Positions 20,191 through 38,089 of a stretch of 64,000 bases of DNA are shown one piece after another. The stretch's first letter is position 1. Every line of letters begins with the position of its first letter. The position numbers and the translations under genes were made by a program. Below the pieces are notes generated by a model that saw nothing but the letters and a program-made list of their open reading frames with translations, did no database searches and was not told the origin of the DNA. Source of the stretch: the human T2T-CHM13v2.0 reference genome, Homo sapiens. The stretch lies in the NCBI RefSeq assembly GCF_009914755.1, contig NC_060925.1, one strand, 5' to 3'.

Positions 20191-21837
20191 AGGAACATTT
20201 GTCTTTCTAACTCCAGACTGGGTAGTGAGATTAGGGACCCCACCTTAACCATGGGGAAGACACTTTACTTCTCAGAGCCTTAGAACGACCATCCTTAATC
20301 TATCAGGAAATCCTCCTACCTCTTCCAAACTCACAGGGCTGTTGTGATAATATGATGAGGTCACACCAGAGGGCTCTTTGAGTCAGAGCTCTGGAAAGAA
20401 ACACAGCACTGATGAGGAAGCTTACAGAACTGAAAGTTGAAGGTGGGGGGAGGGGTCTTCCAGGAATCTTCCAGGGAGAAGCCTATGTTTTGTCCCACTG
20501 GAAAAACAGACCGGGCAGGACCCATGTGGGAGACCACCCAGACTGTGAGAAACATTCGTTGGTTATGTGTGTTTTGGAAATGGGGTAAGAGCACAGAGTG
20601 ATCTAAAGTCCCCTTTGCATAAAGAGCTGACAATTCCAAACCGCAGCCCTGAACACCCCAGTCAAGTCTAATTAATAGATGCTGTTGGCTTTTTAGAGCT
20701 ATTTTCACAGTTCAGTTCCTCTATCTGCACTGTCTCAGTTAGCATGGAGGCCCACTTTCCTCTCAGCAGAGTCAGCCAAGGGTTTTCCAGGGCCAAACTT
20801 GTGTGTTCTCCTTCTTGCTTGCTTGGTGACATGCTCTGTGAATGCAGACAAGTTGTGCAACCTACTCTCTCTTCCCTGGCAGGGGAGCAGGGCCTTTGTG
20901 TGTGTGAAGGGCCATGAGCCATCGGAATGGAGTGCAGTTAGCGGTGCTGGTGAGGAGAATGACAGAGCAGCACAACCCAATGACTAGGGGATCTTGACGA
21001 GCCGCGCCTGCTTTCTTTACCCTCAGTTTCAACCACGAAGTTCAAATGCCAGGGAGGTGCCATGAGGTGGTGAGAAGAGCGTTAGGATCCAGAGTTGGGG
21101 GCAGGAATCCACTCTAAGCCACTGGCTGGCTGCAGAATCTCAGGCAACTGCTTCAAATTCTGTGAGTTTCAGCTTCATCATCTGTAAAATGAGGACACTT
21201 GTGTGGAAGGAACATCAACCTAGCACAGTCTGAAATTTAGACCATTATGCATGAAGGCTAGAATTGGGATTAGGTAAAAGCACTCAGTAAGTGTTACTAA
21301 TTTAAATTGTTAATTACGTACAGTTTTCTAAATAGGGATTAGGCAAAGCAGTTACTAGGAGGATGATTATACTACTGTAATAACAAACATTTATTGTGCA
21401 CTATCTGTGTACTTTATCTACTTTACAGGCATTCTCTCAATTAATTCTCACAGTGATCCTAGGAAGTGGGGCTATCATCATTCCCATTTTAATGGCATGC
21501 CAAATAACTTGCCCAAGTCATGTGGTTAGTGTGAGACACCTTGGGGATTCATTCACGCTCAGATCTGTGATTAGAGCTTAAGTTTTTAACTGCTACTGGC
21601 AGGCCTCCTTGTACTTCAGTATCTCTCCCGCAGTGGGCATTTCCTAACTAGTTGCTCTCATTTCCTCCCACCTCCTCTTTCCATTACAGCCTCCGGTCAT
21701 CAAGCTCTCATTAGCTCTACTCCTAACTCACTTCCTGCCTCCCAGGGTCTCCCTTCTCCATCACTGCCACCAAGGATCACCTCTGCCCACCCCACAGGGG
21801 GACCCAGCCATTCCACCTAAAGAATTACCCTGAAGAT

Positions 21838-22220
<383 letters not shown>

Positions 22221-22403
22221 TCATTGAAGCCTCATACGTAAGAGAGAAAGAATGAAAAAGAACATGAATGTCCAACAATAAAGGATTGATTTGCTATATA
22301 AATAATAGTAAAGAGAACAGAATAACATACAGGCATTGAGAGGCACGTAATGGTATGGCCTTATAACCACAATATATTGACACATTAAAAACCAGAATAT
22401 GGG

Positions 22404-22728
<325 letters not shown>

Positions 22729-22928
22729 TTATATGATTGCATCAAAATAGATGTAGAAGAAAATACACCAAAATGCTAACAAAGACTATCTCTGAGGGAT
22801 AGAAACACAAATGTGACTGTTCTTTTTCTGTGCTTTCACATTTTTCTTCAATTAACTTATTTTTATAATAAAAATAAGGGGTTAGTTAAAAATAAATAAA
22901 TAAAAAAATAAAAATAAGGGGTACATGC

Positions 22929-23041
22929 GTGTCTGTGTGTGTGTCTGTGGGTGTGTGTCTGTGGGTGTGTGTCTCTGTGTGTGTGTGTCTGTGTGTGTCT
23001 GTGTGTGTGTGTGTCTGTGTGTGTGTGTGTCTGTGTGTGTG
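22929..23041. repeat. (TG)n/(TGTC) compound microsatellite
   Basis: Read directly from the sequence. Confidence 0.95.
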
Positions 23042-24409
23042 ACAGACCTCTGTGATGGGCTCCCCATTGCCTACGGAAAGAAGCCCACACCCCCAGCCCA
23101 CTTCTTCTGTGTGTGGCTGTTGTTCCTCAGGTTCTGTGCACACCATTTTTGTCTCCTGTCCCACCTCACCTTCTCTGGTCCTGGCACCTTTGCACATGTG
23201 ATTTCTTCCACCTGGAACGCCATCCCTCCTCTCTCTGATGGTCAGAATTATACGCTCCCTTAAAAGGGCCAGCTCAAATGTTCCCTGCACCTCCATCCTA
23301 CCTCCTATAGTTCTGCCTGCACCTTACTGTCCTCCTCCTTTTGCATGCTGCCCTCTCTGGCTCAGTTACCTTGGGAGCTCTTTAAAGCCAGGGTCTGGGT
23401 GGGATGGGCTTATGCCCCTGTGCAGCAAATACTCACTCATGCTTAAGAAAGCACTGAAGTTGGGTTGAGTTAAAGTGAGTTGCAGTTGGCTTCCAGTAGG
23501 GCCCCCAGAGCTGACTGGAGAGCCCCCAAGAGACCCCTGGCTATCTTTCTTCTTTGCAGCTGGGGGCCTGGGTCTCTCCCCTGAGATGGCAGGAAATGCT
23601 GATGACATCTGAGTCACTGATGGGTGATGCCCCAGGGCTGTAGCGCTGTTGCCCACAGGCTTGTACTCTGTACGGTCCCATTCAATGGAGCCGAGTGCTG
23701 TGGGCAGAGCTGACTGGTGAGATCATGAGGATGGGTTGTACAAGGCCTCCTGTCCCTGGGGCAGTGGGTAGGGTGGCCAACTACCACAGTTTGCCTAGGA
23801 CTGAGATGCTCCTCCGGATGCAGAACTTCCAGTGTTAAAACTGGAGAATTCCAGGCCAACCAGGCTGGTTGGTCAGCCAGCAAGCAGGGCATGAGTGCTG
23901 CCTCTAGGCCTCTGGGACCAGGATTGCCGCCACATGGGATCACAGCTTCTGATCCCTTGAGCGTTTGTCCCTGCAGGCTAAGGTGACCCTGTGCCCAGGT
24001 CCTTAGACAAAGAGCATCTCAGGCCAATACAGCAACAAGGTTCTGAACCTGGAACACCATTTATTCCCCCAGAGTTCCCACTGCTCCTTCATAACCAGGA
24101 AGGAGTCCATCGGCTCTTCTAGGCTATTTTCACCACAGGCCTAGCTCTCGTGAGCATGCACAGAGCCTCCCAGGTCATGGGGCACATCTCTGGGTCCTTT
24201 CCTGTAGTTAATCTCCACCCTTGTTTCAGGACTTGGCTCCAGTCATCCTCTCCATGAAGCCTCCCCTACCCCCAGCCCACAGACCATTCCCTTCTCTGCC
24301 CTCTCGGGGCTTGATCCTCACCAACTCTCTCTCTTCTGACCTCCTTTCTCCCAGCAAAATGCTGGGTTCATTCACTTACTTATTTACTCACAAACAGTAA
24401 GAATCTATT

Positions 24410-24610
24410 TGGTGTTGGGTTAAGAGCACTTACCTAGAGTCCCACTGTGACCACATTGACTCCTGGCTCCACCACTTAGCTGCTATGTGACTCTGAACCA
24501 GCCACTTAACTTCTCTGGGCCTCAGTTTCTTAATGTAAAATATGGGAGTCGTGATAATCGCACCTACCTCACAGGGTTGTTGAAACGTTACATGATTTAA
24601 GAATTGTATA
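24410..24610 (+). mobile_element. MIR
   Basis: cctggctccaccactta...ctctgggcctcagtttc...acctacctcacagggttg. Confidence 0.8.
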
Positions 24611-24891
24611 GGCTGGGCATGGTGGCTCATGTCTGTAATCCCAATACTTTGGAAGGCTGAGGCAGGTGAATCGCTTGAGCTCAGGAGTTCAAAATGATGA
24701 AACTCCATCTCTACAGAAAATACAAAACCAGCTAAGCATGGTGGTGCACGTCTGTGGTCTCAGCTATTCAGGAGGCTGAGGTGGGAGGATCACTTGAGCC
24801 CAGCAGCAGGTCAAGGTTGCAGTGAGCTGAGATCATGCCACTGCAGTCCAGCCTGGGTGACAGAATGAGACCCTGTCTTAAAAAAAGAAAA
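24611..24891 (+). mobile_element. AluJ
   Basis: Diverged Alu with an internal deletion. Confidence 0.9.
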
Positions 24892-26234
24892 TTTTTTTTT
24901 ACAGTTCTTGGGTCAATATCTTGCACGGAGTAAACACCATATACCACTTGTCATTTTTATTATTAGAATCTACTATTTGCCAGGTACTCTGAGGCACCAG
25001 GAATATACAAATAACAAGTGCAGAAACTGACCAGTCTAGTTGGACAGGCAGACGCATAAATCAGCAATCACAAGGCAGTGTGACTAATGGAGGAGGTATG
25101 GCAGCACAGAGAGAAGTGAGCAGTTACTCAGCCTGCCTTGTAGGCAGGGCACTCAGAGAAGCTTCTCAGAGGTGGTGACATGAGAGAGAGCTGAGCCATT
25201 GATACAGAAGCATGTAGCAAGAGTGGGGGTACACTGGCCTGGCAGTGTGAGGCAGCTTTCCCAGGTCCTGGAATGGGGGTGGATTGCATGCTGGGGCCGG
25301 GCGTGGAGCACGTAGAGACAAACACTGGAGAGATAGCCCTGATAGTGGAGAGAAGACCCTTTTGACAAGTGGGCCTCCTCCCAATGCAGTGGGGAAAGCG
25401 CTGGCAGTTTTAGCAGAAGAATGAATTGAATTCTGGACAGATCACTTCGGTGAACCATGGTGGACCCACTGAGGCAGGAGACTGAGGGAGGTGAAACCAG
25501 GGCTCTCTGTGCAGCCTTACAGTATGTTCCTGTATAGCCAGTCTTGCCAGGGTCCTTGGGTCCTGGCCCTGGTGTGACAGCTGCCCACAGTACCTATACA
25601 TCCCCAACAGACTTCAGGATTGCACACGGTAACGCCCTGTCTATCTGCCCCTACTCCTTCCTGCTGCGATTCCAGCTCATGGACTCTCACTCTGGCTCTC
25701 CTCACTGGTCTCCATTCTCACCCTTGCAACAGGCTCACTCTTGCTAAAGCCTTAGCTCCCAACCCCAGCTCACCCTGACCACAGCAAGCCCATCCCTTCT
25801 CCCTCGGTCTCCCCACCCCACCTCATCGGACTCCCAGCTGCCTGGCTGAGACTTGCCCTGTCTCATGTTCCCATGGATGACTCACGTATCGGGTGGGGGC
25901 GAGGCCACGCTGGGGCTGCCGAAGCATGGGGAGAGTTGGTGGCAACAGCCCTTCCCTGGCCTCACAGGCCCAACTGAGCAAAGGTTTTCCATCTCATGCA
26001 TGTCTGCTGGCACTATCAGAGCCTGTTTGTGCCCCCAAAGAGGTCTTGACCCTACTCTGAGGTCTAGCCAAGCCTTCCCGGGGTAAGGGCCTTTGCTCCT
26101 TCTTGGAAATTCAAAGTCATGAAAACCAGAGCAGTGAGAACACCCGTGAACCCAGGAAGCAGGATGGCCCCTCCTCCATCAGAGAGGCAAAGACTCCCCA
26201 AAGAGGTCACGGATCTTTTTTAAAACCTGGTCTT

Positions 26235-26708
<474 letters not shown>

Positions 26709-27200
26709 CTAGGGTCTGTGTCAAGGGCTCTAACAGCAGCAGACTCTTCAAGGGGCTGGGACTCTCCTAGCAAGAGAAACGGAAGCTGGGTTTGGTCAAG
26801 AACCAACATACTTTAAACCAACAGGGCTGGTGTTCCAAAAAAGCAGAGTGCCAGAAACTAGAGCCTGCTTCCCCCTCCACCCTCCACCTGCCCTCTGCCC
26901 TTGATGTCTCTCATACTATACCCTACACTGCCCTTTGCAGCCAAGCTCTGAGAACGACCCCTAGTGCTGGACAGAGAAAGTATTGCCCAGTGCTCCCCTG
27001 GCGCCTGGTGGCCAGTTCTATGGGCACCAGTTAGCACTGACTGATGTCACCAGAACCTGGCTCCTTGAGGCAAGGACTGGATCTTGTCTTTCTCTTCTGC
27101 ATCCCCAGAGTCGAGCACAGTGCCTAGCCTGTAAAGGCATTTAGTTTGCTGGATGTCTTGCCTCTCAACCCCATCTGTTCACTAACACTCCCCTATTTCG

Positions 27201-27590
<390 letters not shown>

Positions 27591-27593
27591 TGA

Positions 27594-27906
<313 letters not shown>

Positions 27907-28302
27907 AAAGATTCTATTTTAGAGGCTATTTAGAAGCTGCTGTTATATAGGATGGCAACCCTCTTCTCTCCAGCCACGCCCACCCCCCCAGATAATGCCG
28001 CCATTCTCCCCACCTTTCTTCCAAAGCCCATGGCAGGCATCACCAATTGATCACAGCATTCTAGTTGAGCTCTGATCTTTCTCAGCACTGATTAGGGTTG
28101 CATAAACAGACGCTTATTTGCCATGGTGGGATTAAGCCACCCATGGACAATTGTACAATTGGATACAGTAAGTGACATATTTCTAAAAGTTCTGTTGTAA
28201 TTAACAAATTCTCATTCAACTGTGTGATGTAATTCACACATCAGATGAGCAAGTTGAACCTCTTGTGGACTCTGAGGGACTGGGGCACAGGACAGGGAAG
28301 TT

Positions 28303-28308
28303 TTTATT
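28303..28308 (-). terminator. PHLDA3: Candidate PHLDA3 polyadenylation signal AATAAA
   Basis: TTTATT on the + strand downstream of exon 2; the downstream GU-rich element is weak. Confidence 0.5.
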
Positions 28309-28432
28309 GGAAGGCGAGAGAAATCTGAACGGGAACAAAACAGGTTGGAAGCACAAAACAATTAAAGGGACTTCGAATTGCTGAATGGGGCCACTGAGCC
28401 TCCTTGCTCCCTCCAGAGAGACCCTGTAGTAG

Positions 28433-28898
<466 letters not shown>

Positions 28899-30814
28899 TT
28901 CACCCTGTTGAAATTATTCCTTTTAACCCTCCAGGAGGGAGAACTTACTGTGTAAATGTATAAAGCCTGAGAGTATAAATGACAGGGAGACAAACTCTGC
29001 CCAGAAAGCTGAGGCTTCTCCCAGGGTAGCAGGGGCAGGGTAGCCTCCTGTAGAAGAGACATTCATAGGGACTGAACTGACCAGCTTGACATCCCTCGGT
29101 CCAGAATCTATGGGCCCTCCTTCCTAGGACCACCAAGGCCCTGTCTACTGGGGTTTTAGTGTCTCTGCCTATCCAGGCTGGAGACTTCAGAATGGGTTGC
29201 AAATTGGGAGATTAAGGATAAAGAGAGAGATGCTCCAAGCCCTGGGTCTTTGTGGGCAAAGAATTTCACTCAGCAAACTGTGTGGTTACTGCCCTTTGCA
29301 GGGCATCTTCATTTGGGGAAAGACATGAAATGCTAATGGCCAAACCCCCCCTCACCCCCACCACCTTCAGGCCGAACACCGCAGTGGGGGGAAGATGCGT
29401 AGAGGTGGGGGAAGAAGTGTGCAAAGAAAGGGCCTGGATGGGTGGGGGTCCCAAAAGGACCTAAGCAGCAGGAGACCCCCAGGAGTGGGCTTTAGGCCCA
29501 GCAGCTCCCCCTTCTCAAGGTGAGTCCAGAGGCCATTCTGGAGTGGGCCTGGGTACCAGGCCCTGGGTACTCCTTTTGGTACCAGGCTGGCCTCCTGATT
29601 CCTGAGGCGTTGGCTCGGCACCCCATGGGGGACTGCCCTCCTCCAGGCCTGGCACAAAGCCAGGGGGCTAAGAGCAGTCTGCAGGACAGAGGGCAGGACC
29701 ACAGCAGGGAGGGGGCTCCTATGCCAGCTCCCCCTCATGCCATATGAGGCCAGGCCTGTGGCTCGAAGCCCCTGAGCTGGGCATGTCCTGAGAGTCTGGG
29801 ACCATCCAGGGGCTGCATCTTCATCCTCAGCCCTGCGTAGCCTTCTGCCCTCCTCCCAGGGCTCGTCCATTCCTTCAGCTCCAGCGCCTCCTCCACACGT
29901 CCATGCCTTCCACCTTGCCACATGGAGCACAGCCGTGCCCCCACAAGCCAGAGGGAACAACGAAGCTGGCAAGAAAGAACAGCAGTTAGAGCAGGGGCAA
30001 CAATGGAGAAAGGAGTATCTATTATGAGCTTGGGCATTTTACACCAGCACTTCCCAGCCTTTTCCATAAACATGGAAAACATTTTTTGCATACGTACTGT
30101 GGTAAAGGAATCTGCTTCCTCCCAGGCCCCCAAGACCTGAGGGATCAATGTGGATCAATCCTCAGCACAGGGGGTCTGCCTTATACCCCACTTCTCAGCT
30201 AAACCCTAACTACAATGTGGGAGGGCATTAACAGGACCATCAAAGTGGGGTATGGCACTAGATGGGGCCCCAGGCTCACTAGGACTCTCTACTGTTGAAG
30301 ACATCTGCAGGCGGGTAAGGTCGCCTAGGAGGTGGTAGTGGGGAGAGAAGGATCTAGGTTTCCACTGGAAAAATTAAGGCTAGAAGGAAGGCTAAATCCT
30401 TTCTCAGCCCTACTCCTACTTCTCACAAGAAGGGAGTGGCATCTGGGGAAGAGGGCACAGGGCTGAGAGCCAGGGCTTCCAGATTCTATTCCTGGCCCCT
30501 CCCCTGGGCCTTCCTGACCACAAATCCGCCCCCCACTCCCTGCCCTACTGCTCATAGAGGATTAAGACATCACAAATAACAACTCATGACCCCATCCTGC
30601 TGCACCCACCCACCCTGCCCCAGTGCCCCATGCCCTCCTCCAGCTTCTCCTTCCCTGGCCCAGCCAGGCCTGACTGGCACTCAGGGGCAGGTAGACAGCT
30701 AGGCCCCCACCCCTTGGCATCAGTGGCCCAGCCTCTGGCGCAGTTGCCTATCCTTCAGCTCCCTTGCTCTCCTAACAGTGAGCCCTAGGGCTCAAAACCC
30801 ACTGTCAAGAATGG

Positions 30815-31105
30815 GGACCAGGTGTGGTGGCTTACACCTGTAATCTTAGCACTTTGGGAGGCCAAGGTGGGCAGATTGCTTGAGCTCAGGAGTTCGAAAC
30901 CAGCATGGGCAACGTGGGGAAACCCCAAATCTACAAAAAAAAAAATTAGCCAGGCATGGTGGCGTGTGCCTGTAGTCCCAGCTACCTGGAGGCTGAGGTG
31001 GGAGGATCGCTTGAGCCCAAGAGGTTGAAGCTGTTGAGGCTGCAGTGAGCCATGACTATGCTACTGCACCAGTCTGGGCGACAGGTAGAGATCCTGTCTC
31101 AAAAA
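30815..31105 (+). mobile_element. AluJ in PHLDA3 intron
   Basis: Alu consensus. Confidence 0.92.
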
Positions 31106-31115
31106 TATATATATA

Positions 31116-31487
<372 letters not shown>

Positions 31488-32183
31488 TCAGGCCCAGTCC
31501 AGCCAAGGCGGCCCACTGAGGCCCCACCTTCCACTGAGGCCCCACCTTGGGAGCCGGACTCCTTGGCTCTATTTGCAACCCTTGATGGTGCCTTCGCCAT
31601 CTGGGAGATACTGTCTTTCTACATCAATTCAATGCTCAAACTTTATGACAAGCATTCAACCTAGAGGGAAAGAGGGTCGGCCTCCACGATCCGCGTCCCC
31701 ACCCTCGGTTGTCCTCAGCTGCCAGAAAGCCGAAGTCCAGGAGCCCTGCTCTGCGTGGAAAGCAGAGGCCCACAGCCTGGGGCAATGTGCAGGCCAACCT
31801 CCCTCTACTTCCTTCCACCTGAGTCAGGGCTGAACCAACTTGAAAGAAGGCTCATCTCACCCAGGTATCCCCCTCCCAGGGCTTCCATCTTCCTCTCACA
31901 CACCTGGATCACATTCTGGACCGGCCAACCTGGTGCCTCAGGGGAAAGTCCGGATCTGCTGGGTTGGCCACTGGCCCAAGCCTCCCATGCCCTCAGTTGG
32001 CCCCAGGAACCTCCCCCCTAAGATGTCCGGCTCTGAAGTAGAATGCTAGTCCTCATTCTCTCTGTAGGGGAAAGAGAAGGGAGGGAAGGAGAGAAGAGGG
32101 CCCAGTCCCCCGGGGGCTTACCTGCCTTGACCTCAGCACTGAGGTGGTGGGTAGCATGAAGGAAAGATGGTGCGCCCGGTGGT

Positions 32184-32786
<603 letters not shown>

Positions 32787-32939
32787 TCAGCCGGCACCCG
32801 CTCCTCCGCTCTACCCCAGCTGGCCCAGCCCGACCCGCCTCTGCCAGATGCCTCCGCGCCTCCCTAGGCCGTGAGCCCCACCGCCCGCCCGTTCTCTTGC
32901 TCCCCTGGGCTCTGTCTGCGCGCTGGGCGGCAGCTCGCG

Positions 32940-32959
32940 GGATGTGCCCTTACATGTTC
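32940..32959 (-). promoter_or_regulatory. p53 response element (GAACATGTAA GGGCACATCC)
   Basis: Two adjacent RRRCWWGYYY-like half sites with no spacer near the 5' end; PHLDA3 is an established direct p53 target. Confidence 0.75.
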
Positions 32960-34429
32960 CGCCGCTCGCCTCCTGCGCCGCCCGCCCGCAGCGCATTCCT
33001 ACCCTGGCCGGCCCTCCCCTCCGCGCCGCGCACCAGCTCCGGCAGGGCCCCGGGGGCGGGGCCGCAGCGGGGGCTCAGTCACTCACTGGAGGCGCAGGGC
33101 GCGAGGCGGGGAGGGCCGGGACTGAGAGGGGGCTGCTTACTCAACAGCCCAAGCCTTCTGGCTGCCGTCTGCCGCTTCTCGGAACCGCAGCTCCCCCAGG
33201 CCTTGAATGAAGGGGGAGATGGCGGGGAAGGGAGGGGGAAGGCGCATCTCCTCGATTGGAGAGCGCGCTGCTAGCAAGGGGGTGGGCTTGCTTGGCGAAC
33301 GCGCAGTGGCACCAGTTGCATGTTAGGCGTCAGACAGCTGCTGGTTACTTGGCACGCCATGGGGCCCCCAGCCTCTGCATCAAGCCCATGTTGGGTTCCT
33401 CCTCCATCGCCCGATTTCTCTGTGCAGCACCCAAGAGAGGCTGTCCATCGCTGCCTCTGCTTGGACAGTTCACCTGCTCCTACTCCTACCCCCATGCATT
33501 GCGCGGGGAGGCCTGTAGAGAGTAGCCAGTGCCAACAAAGGAGAGCTGAGGCTTGAGGTCATTCATGCCCTCCTCGTAGTGGGGGAGGAGGGACCCCCTC
33601 CGTGACCTGGGGATGCCACTGTCTGCAGTCCTCTCCACCGCACACTTGCAGGCGCCGACGCTGGACCGATGGCACAGCCAGTCCCAGGTGTAAGCGCAGC
33701 TCCAACCTTGCTCCTTCCGCTCCGCAGATTCTGTCCTCCCTCGGCCTTCCCCAAGAATGGACTTCTCCCGCATACAGAGCTGGAGGGGAACGCAGAGGGA
33801 GAGGTCTCTTTCTGTTCTGGCTAGAATATTGTGTAAACACAAGAGCTTTGCAGAGTTGAGTTCAAACCTCTTCTCCCTTGTTGGCTGTGTCCTGCCCACC
33901 TGGGGCAACTTTACTGACCTCCGTCAATTTCCTCATCTGTCGAATAGGAGGATTAATTTATTCTCATCTCATGGGGTTGTCCTGATGAATAAGTTGGATA
34001 ACATTTGTGAAAGACCCAAGACAGGACCTGACAACTCTTGAGTCTCAAGAAATGTTCTTCCTCCCCTCTCCCCACTCTTATTCCCTTTAGAGAATGATGG
34101 GGGCCCTGAGATTAAGCCAGGCACTGGGAGAGGGCTCTCCTAGGTCCTCATTCTGTCCCCATCTTGATCAGTTCCTCCAGGCCCACAGTTTCTTAAAGGT
34201 CTATTCATCAACATGTTAATAATAGATTCTTACGGGAGTAATGATATATAATAATGACAGTAATAAGACCTCTTTGTACTTACACCCTGTGTTGCCATCC
34301 TCCTGCCCAAAGAGCAGAGCCTAACAGATACAGGGAAGGTCCTGTTGTGGGGATAGGAGTGCGCTCCTCTGCAGTCCCAAAGTTAGGAGATGAGAGAAGG
34401 GAACTGTCAGTGTCTCATCCATAACTCTT

Positions 34430-34432
<3 letters not shown>

Positions 34433-34462
<30 letters not shown>
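34433..34462. repeat. (CA)n microsatellite
   Basis: Read directly from the sequence. Confidence 0.95.
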
Positions 34463-34465
<3 letters not shown>

Positions 34466-34776
34466 TGACGACAACTAACTCCTAACTCCCAGAATGCCCC
34501 TCCAGGAGAGGGAATAGACAGTGGCATTAAAGAAAAGACAAAGACAGGTGTCTCCTGAGGCCCAGAGAGCAGCAGAAGAGGGAGCTCGAGGTGGCCACAG
34601 CCCTACCTGAGGGACCCACAAGGTCTCAGCCTGCCTGCCAGCCCTGCCCTCCCATGGCTCCTCCCCACCACTCCACAGGGGTCTCCTGGGTGCACCAACC
34701 TGGCACAGTCCTGCCATGATCCAAAGTTCTCTCTCTGAGGAAACAGGGCCCTAGATCAGGCTCTACCCCTAACTCA

Positions 34777-35080
<304 letters not shown>

Positions 35081-35977
35081 CTGTTTTATCTCTACCAGTT
35101 CCTCTTCTCCCCACACTGGGTCTGGGACTCATTCATGCTCTTTCCAGTTCCAGGTGGATTCACAGTTGTATGGGCTTCGTACAGAGCCCTCTCACATGTT
35201 GTAGATGCTCATGATAGACAGATATTATTATCACTGTGGGCGTTTTACCGATGAGAAAAATGAGACCCAGAGAGGTCAGATAATGTAAATGGCGTCACAT
35301 GGCTTTGAAAATGGCAAAGTCCAGATGAGAATGCATGGTGGCTAACAGGGCCCAGGATCGTTTGATGATACATACCCATACTGCCCATACATGAACATCT
35401 GAGTCCACATAGTTCCTTTAAAAATGATCCAGTCACCCATACTTTTCTCTTCAGCTTACTGAGTTGCGAGGTAGCGGGCTTTTGGACACAGGAGAAGGGA
35501 ACATTGGATAGCAAGAGTGAGCAGATAAAGATGGGGGTGGGGGGCCATTGGAGGAAATTTAGCAGGACATACTCTACTGCTGGAAGGGTCTTCATCAGCT
35601 AAGCATCCAGTTCCTAACACGACAACGTCTTCCTGGAGGCCTGAATGGGTCCTTGGAACCTGGAATCCTGTCCTCCAATCTCAAGACCTCTGGGACTAGG
35701 GGAGATGATTCATTCCAAATCTTTCCCTAGAACTGGCATCTTGCCTGGTAGCCACATCTGGGAGAGGCTCAGGCCCAGGCTGGATTATTTGGGCCATCAG
35801 AAGGATCAAGAAGAACTCAAAAGCCAGGGGAGCAGCGTGCAGAGAGGGCTGGTGCTGCTCCTCCCTTCCTGCTGAGGTATCCCTACCCATCCCCTGGAAC
35901 AGGAGCTCTGACTTAAACTTCTTGGTTAAGTCACTGGGCTGGAGCAGTGCTGGGCCCTAGAGATACTTACCCAATTC

Positions 35978-36276
35978 TTTTTTTTTTTTTTTTTTTTTTG
36001 AGATGGAGTCTCACTTTGTCACCCAGGCTGGAGTGCAATGGCACAATCTCGGCTCCCTGCAACCCCCGCCTCCTGGGCTCAAGTGATTCTCCTGCCTAAG
36101 CCTCCCGAGTAACTGGGATTACAGGCGCCTGCCACCATGCCTGGCTAATTTTTGTATTTTTAGTAGAGATGGAGTTTCATCATGTTGGCCAGGCTGGTCT
36201 CGAACTCCTGAGCTCATGATCTGCCCACCTCAGCCTCCCAAAGTCCTGGGACTACAGGCGTGAGCCACCGCGCCCC
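35978..36276 (-). mobile_element. AluS
   Basis: Alu consensus; TSD acttac(c/t)caatt. Confidence 0.95.
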
Positions 36277-36516
36277 ATCACTTACTCAATTATCATTGAC
36301 TTGTTAACTCCACATCTGGCTGATGGACAAAATGTCCCATGGTAGCAGCCCAGAGCTGGCTTCTCCCTCTGCCCACCCCAAAGAGAAAGCGGATCTGCAC
36401 CGTCAGTAAATCCAAGTCCGGCTGGAACAGGCTAGACTACAAAATGGCCCCAGGGAAGAATGTGCTGGAAATGGTTCTAGCTAGGGCTGAGCCACACCAC
36501 CTCCACACCTGTGTGA

Positions 36517-36973
<457 letters not shown>

Positions 36974-37089
36974 GTCTACTTAATCTTATATAAATTCTTC
37001 ATAAATTGTTAGACTCAATCTAAAGAAAAGTGTTGAAGACAATTTATTAACAAAACAAGACGTACATTAACACTGCAAAAACTTTAAAA

Positions 37090-37990
<901 letters not shown>

Positions 37991-38089
37991 GACAAAAACT
38001 GGGAGGTGGAAAAGGATAATGCAGAGGAGGGGAAACAATCAATGCAATCTAGAGTTAATGAACTAATGAAAAGAATGTAACTGCATTAT

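Noticed and set aside
22863-23296. His/Thr- and Cys/Val-rich ORFs
   Set aside because: Produced by the (TG)n microsatellite.
29779-29788. Perfect p53 half sites (GGGCATGTCC here; GGGCATGTTC at 48591-48600)
   Set aside because: No adjacent second half site; single decamers are common by chance.
29367-29972. 201-aa ORF (167 aa from the strong-context AUG at 29870) in PHLDA3 exon 2
   Set aside because: No recognisable domain, GC-rich UTR, and several AUGs precede it; probably chance unless Ribo-seq shows otherwise.
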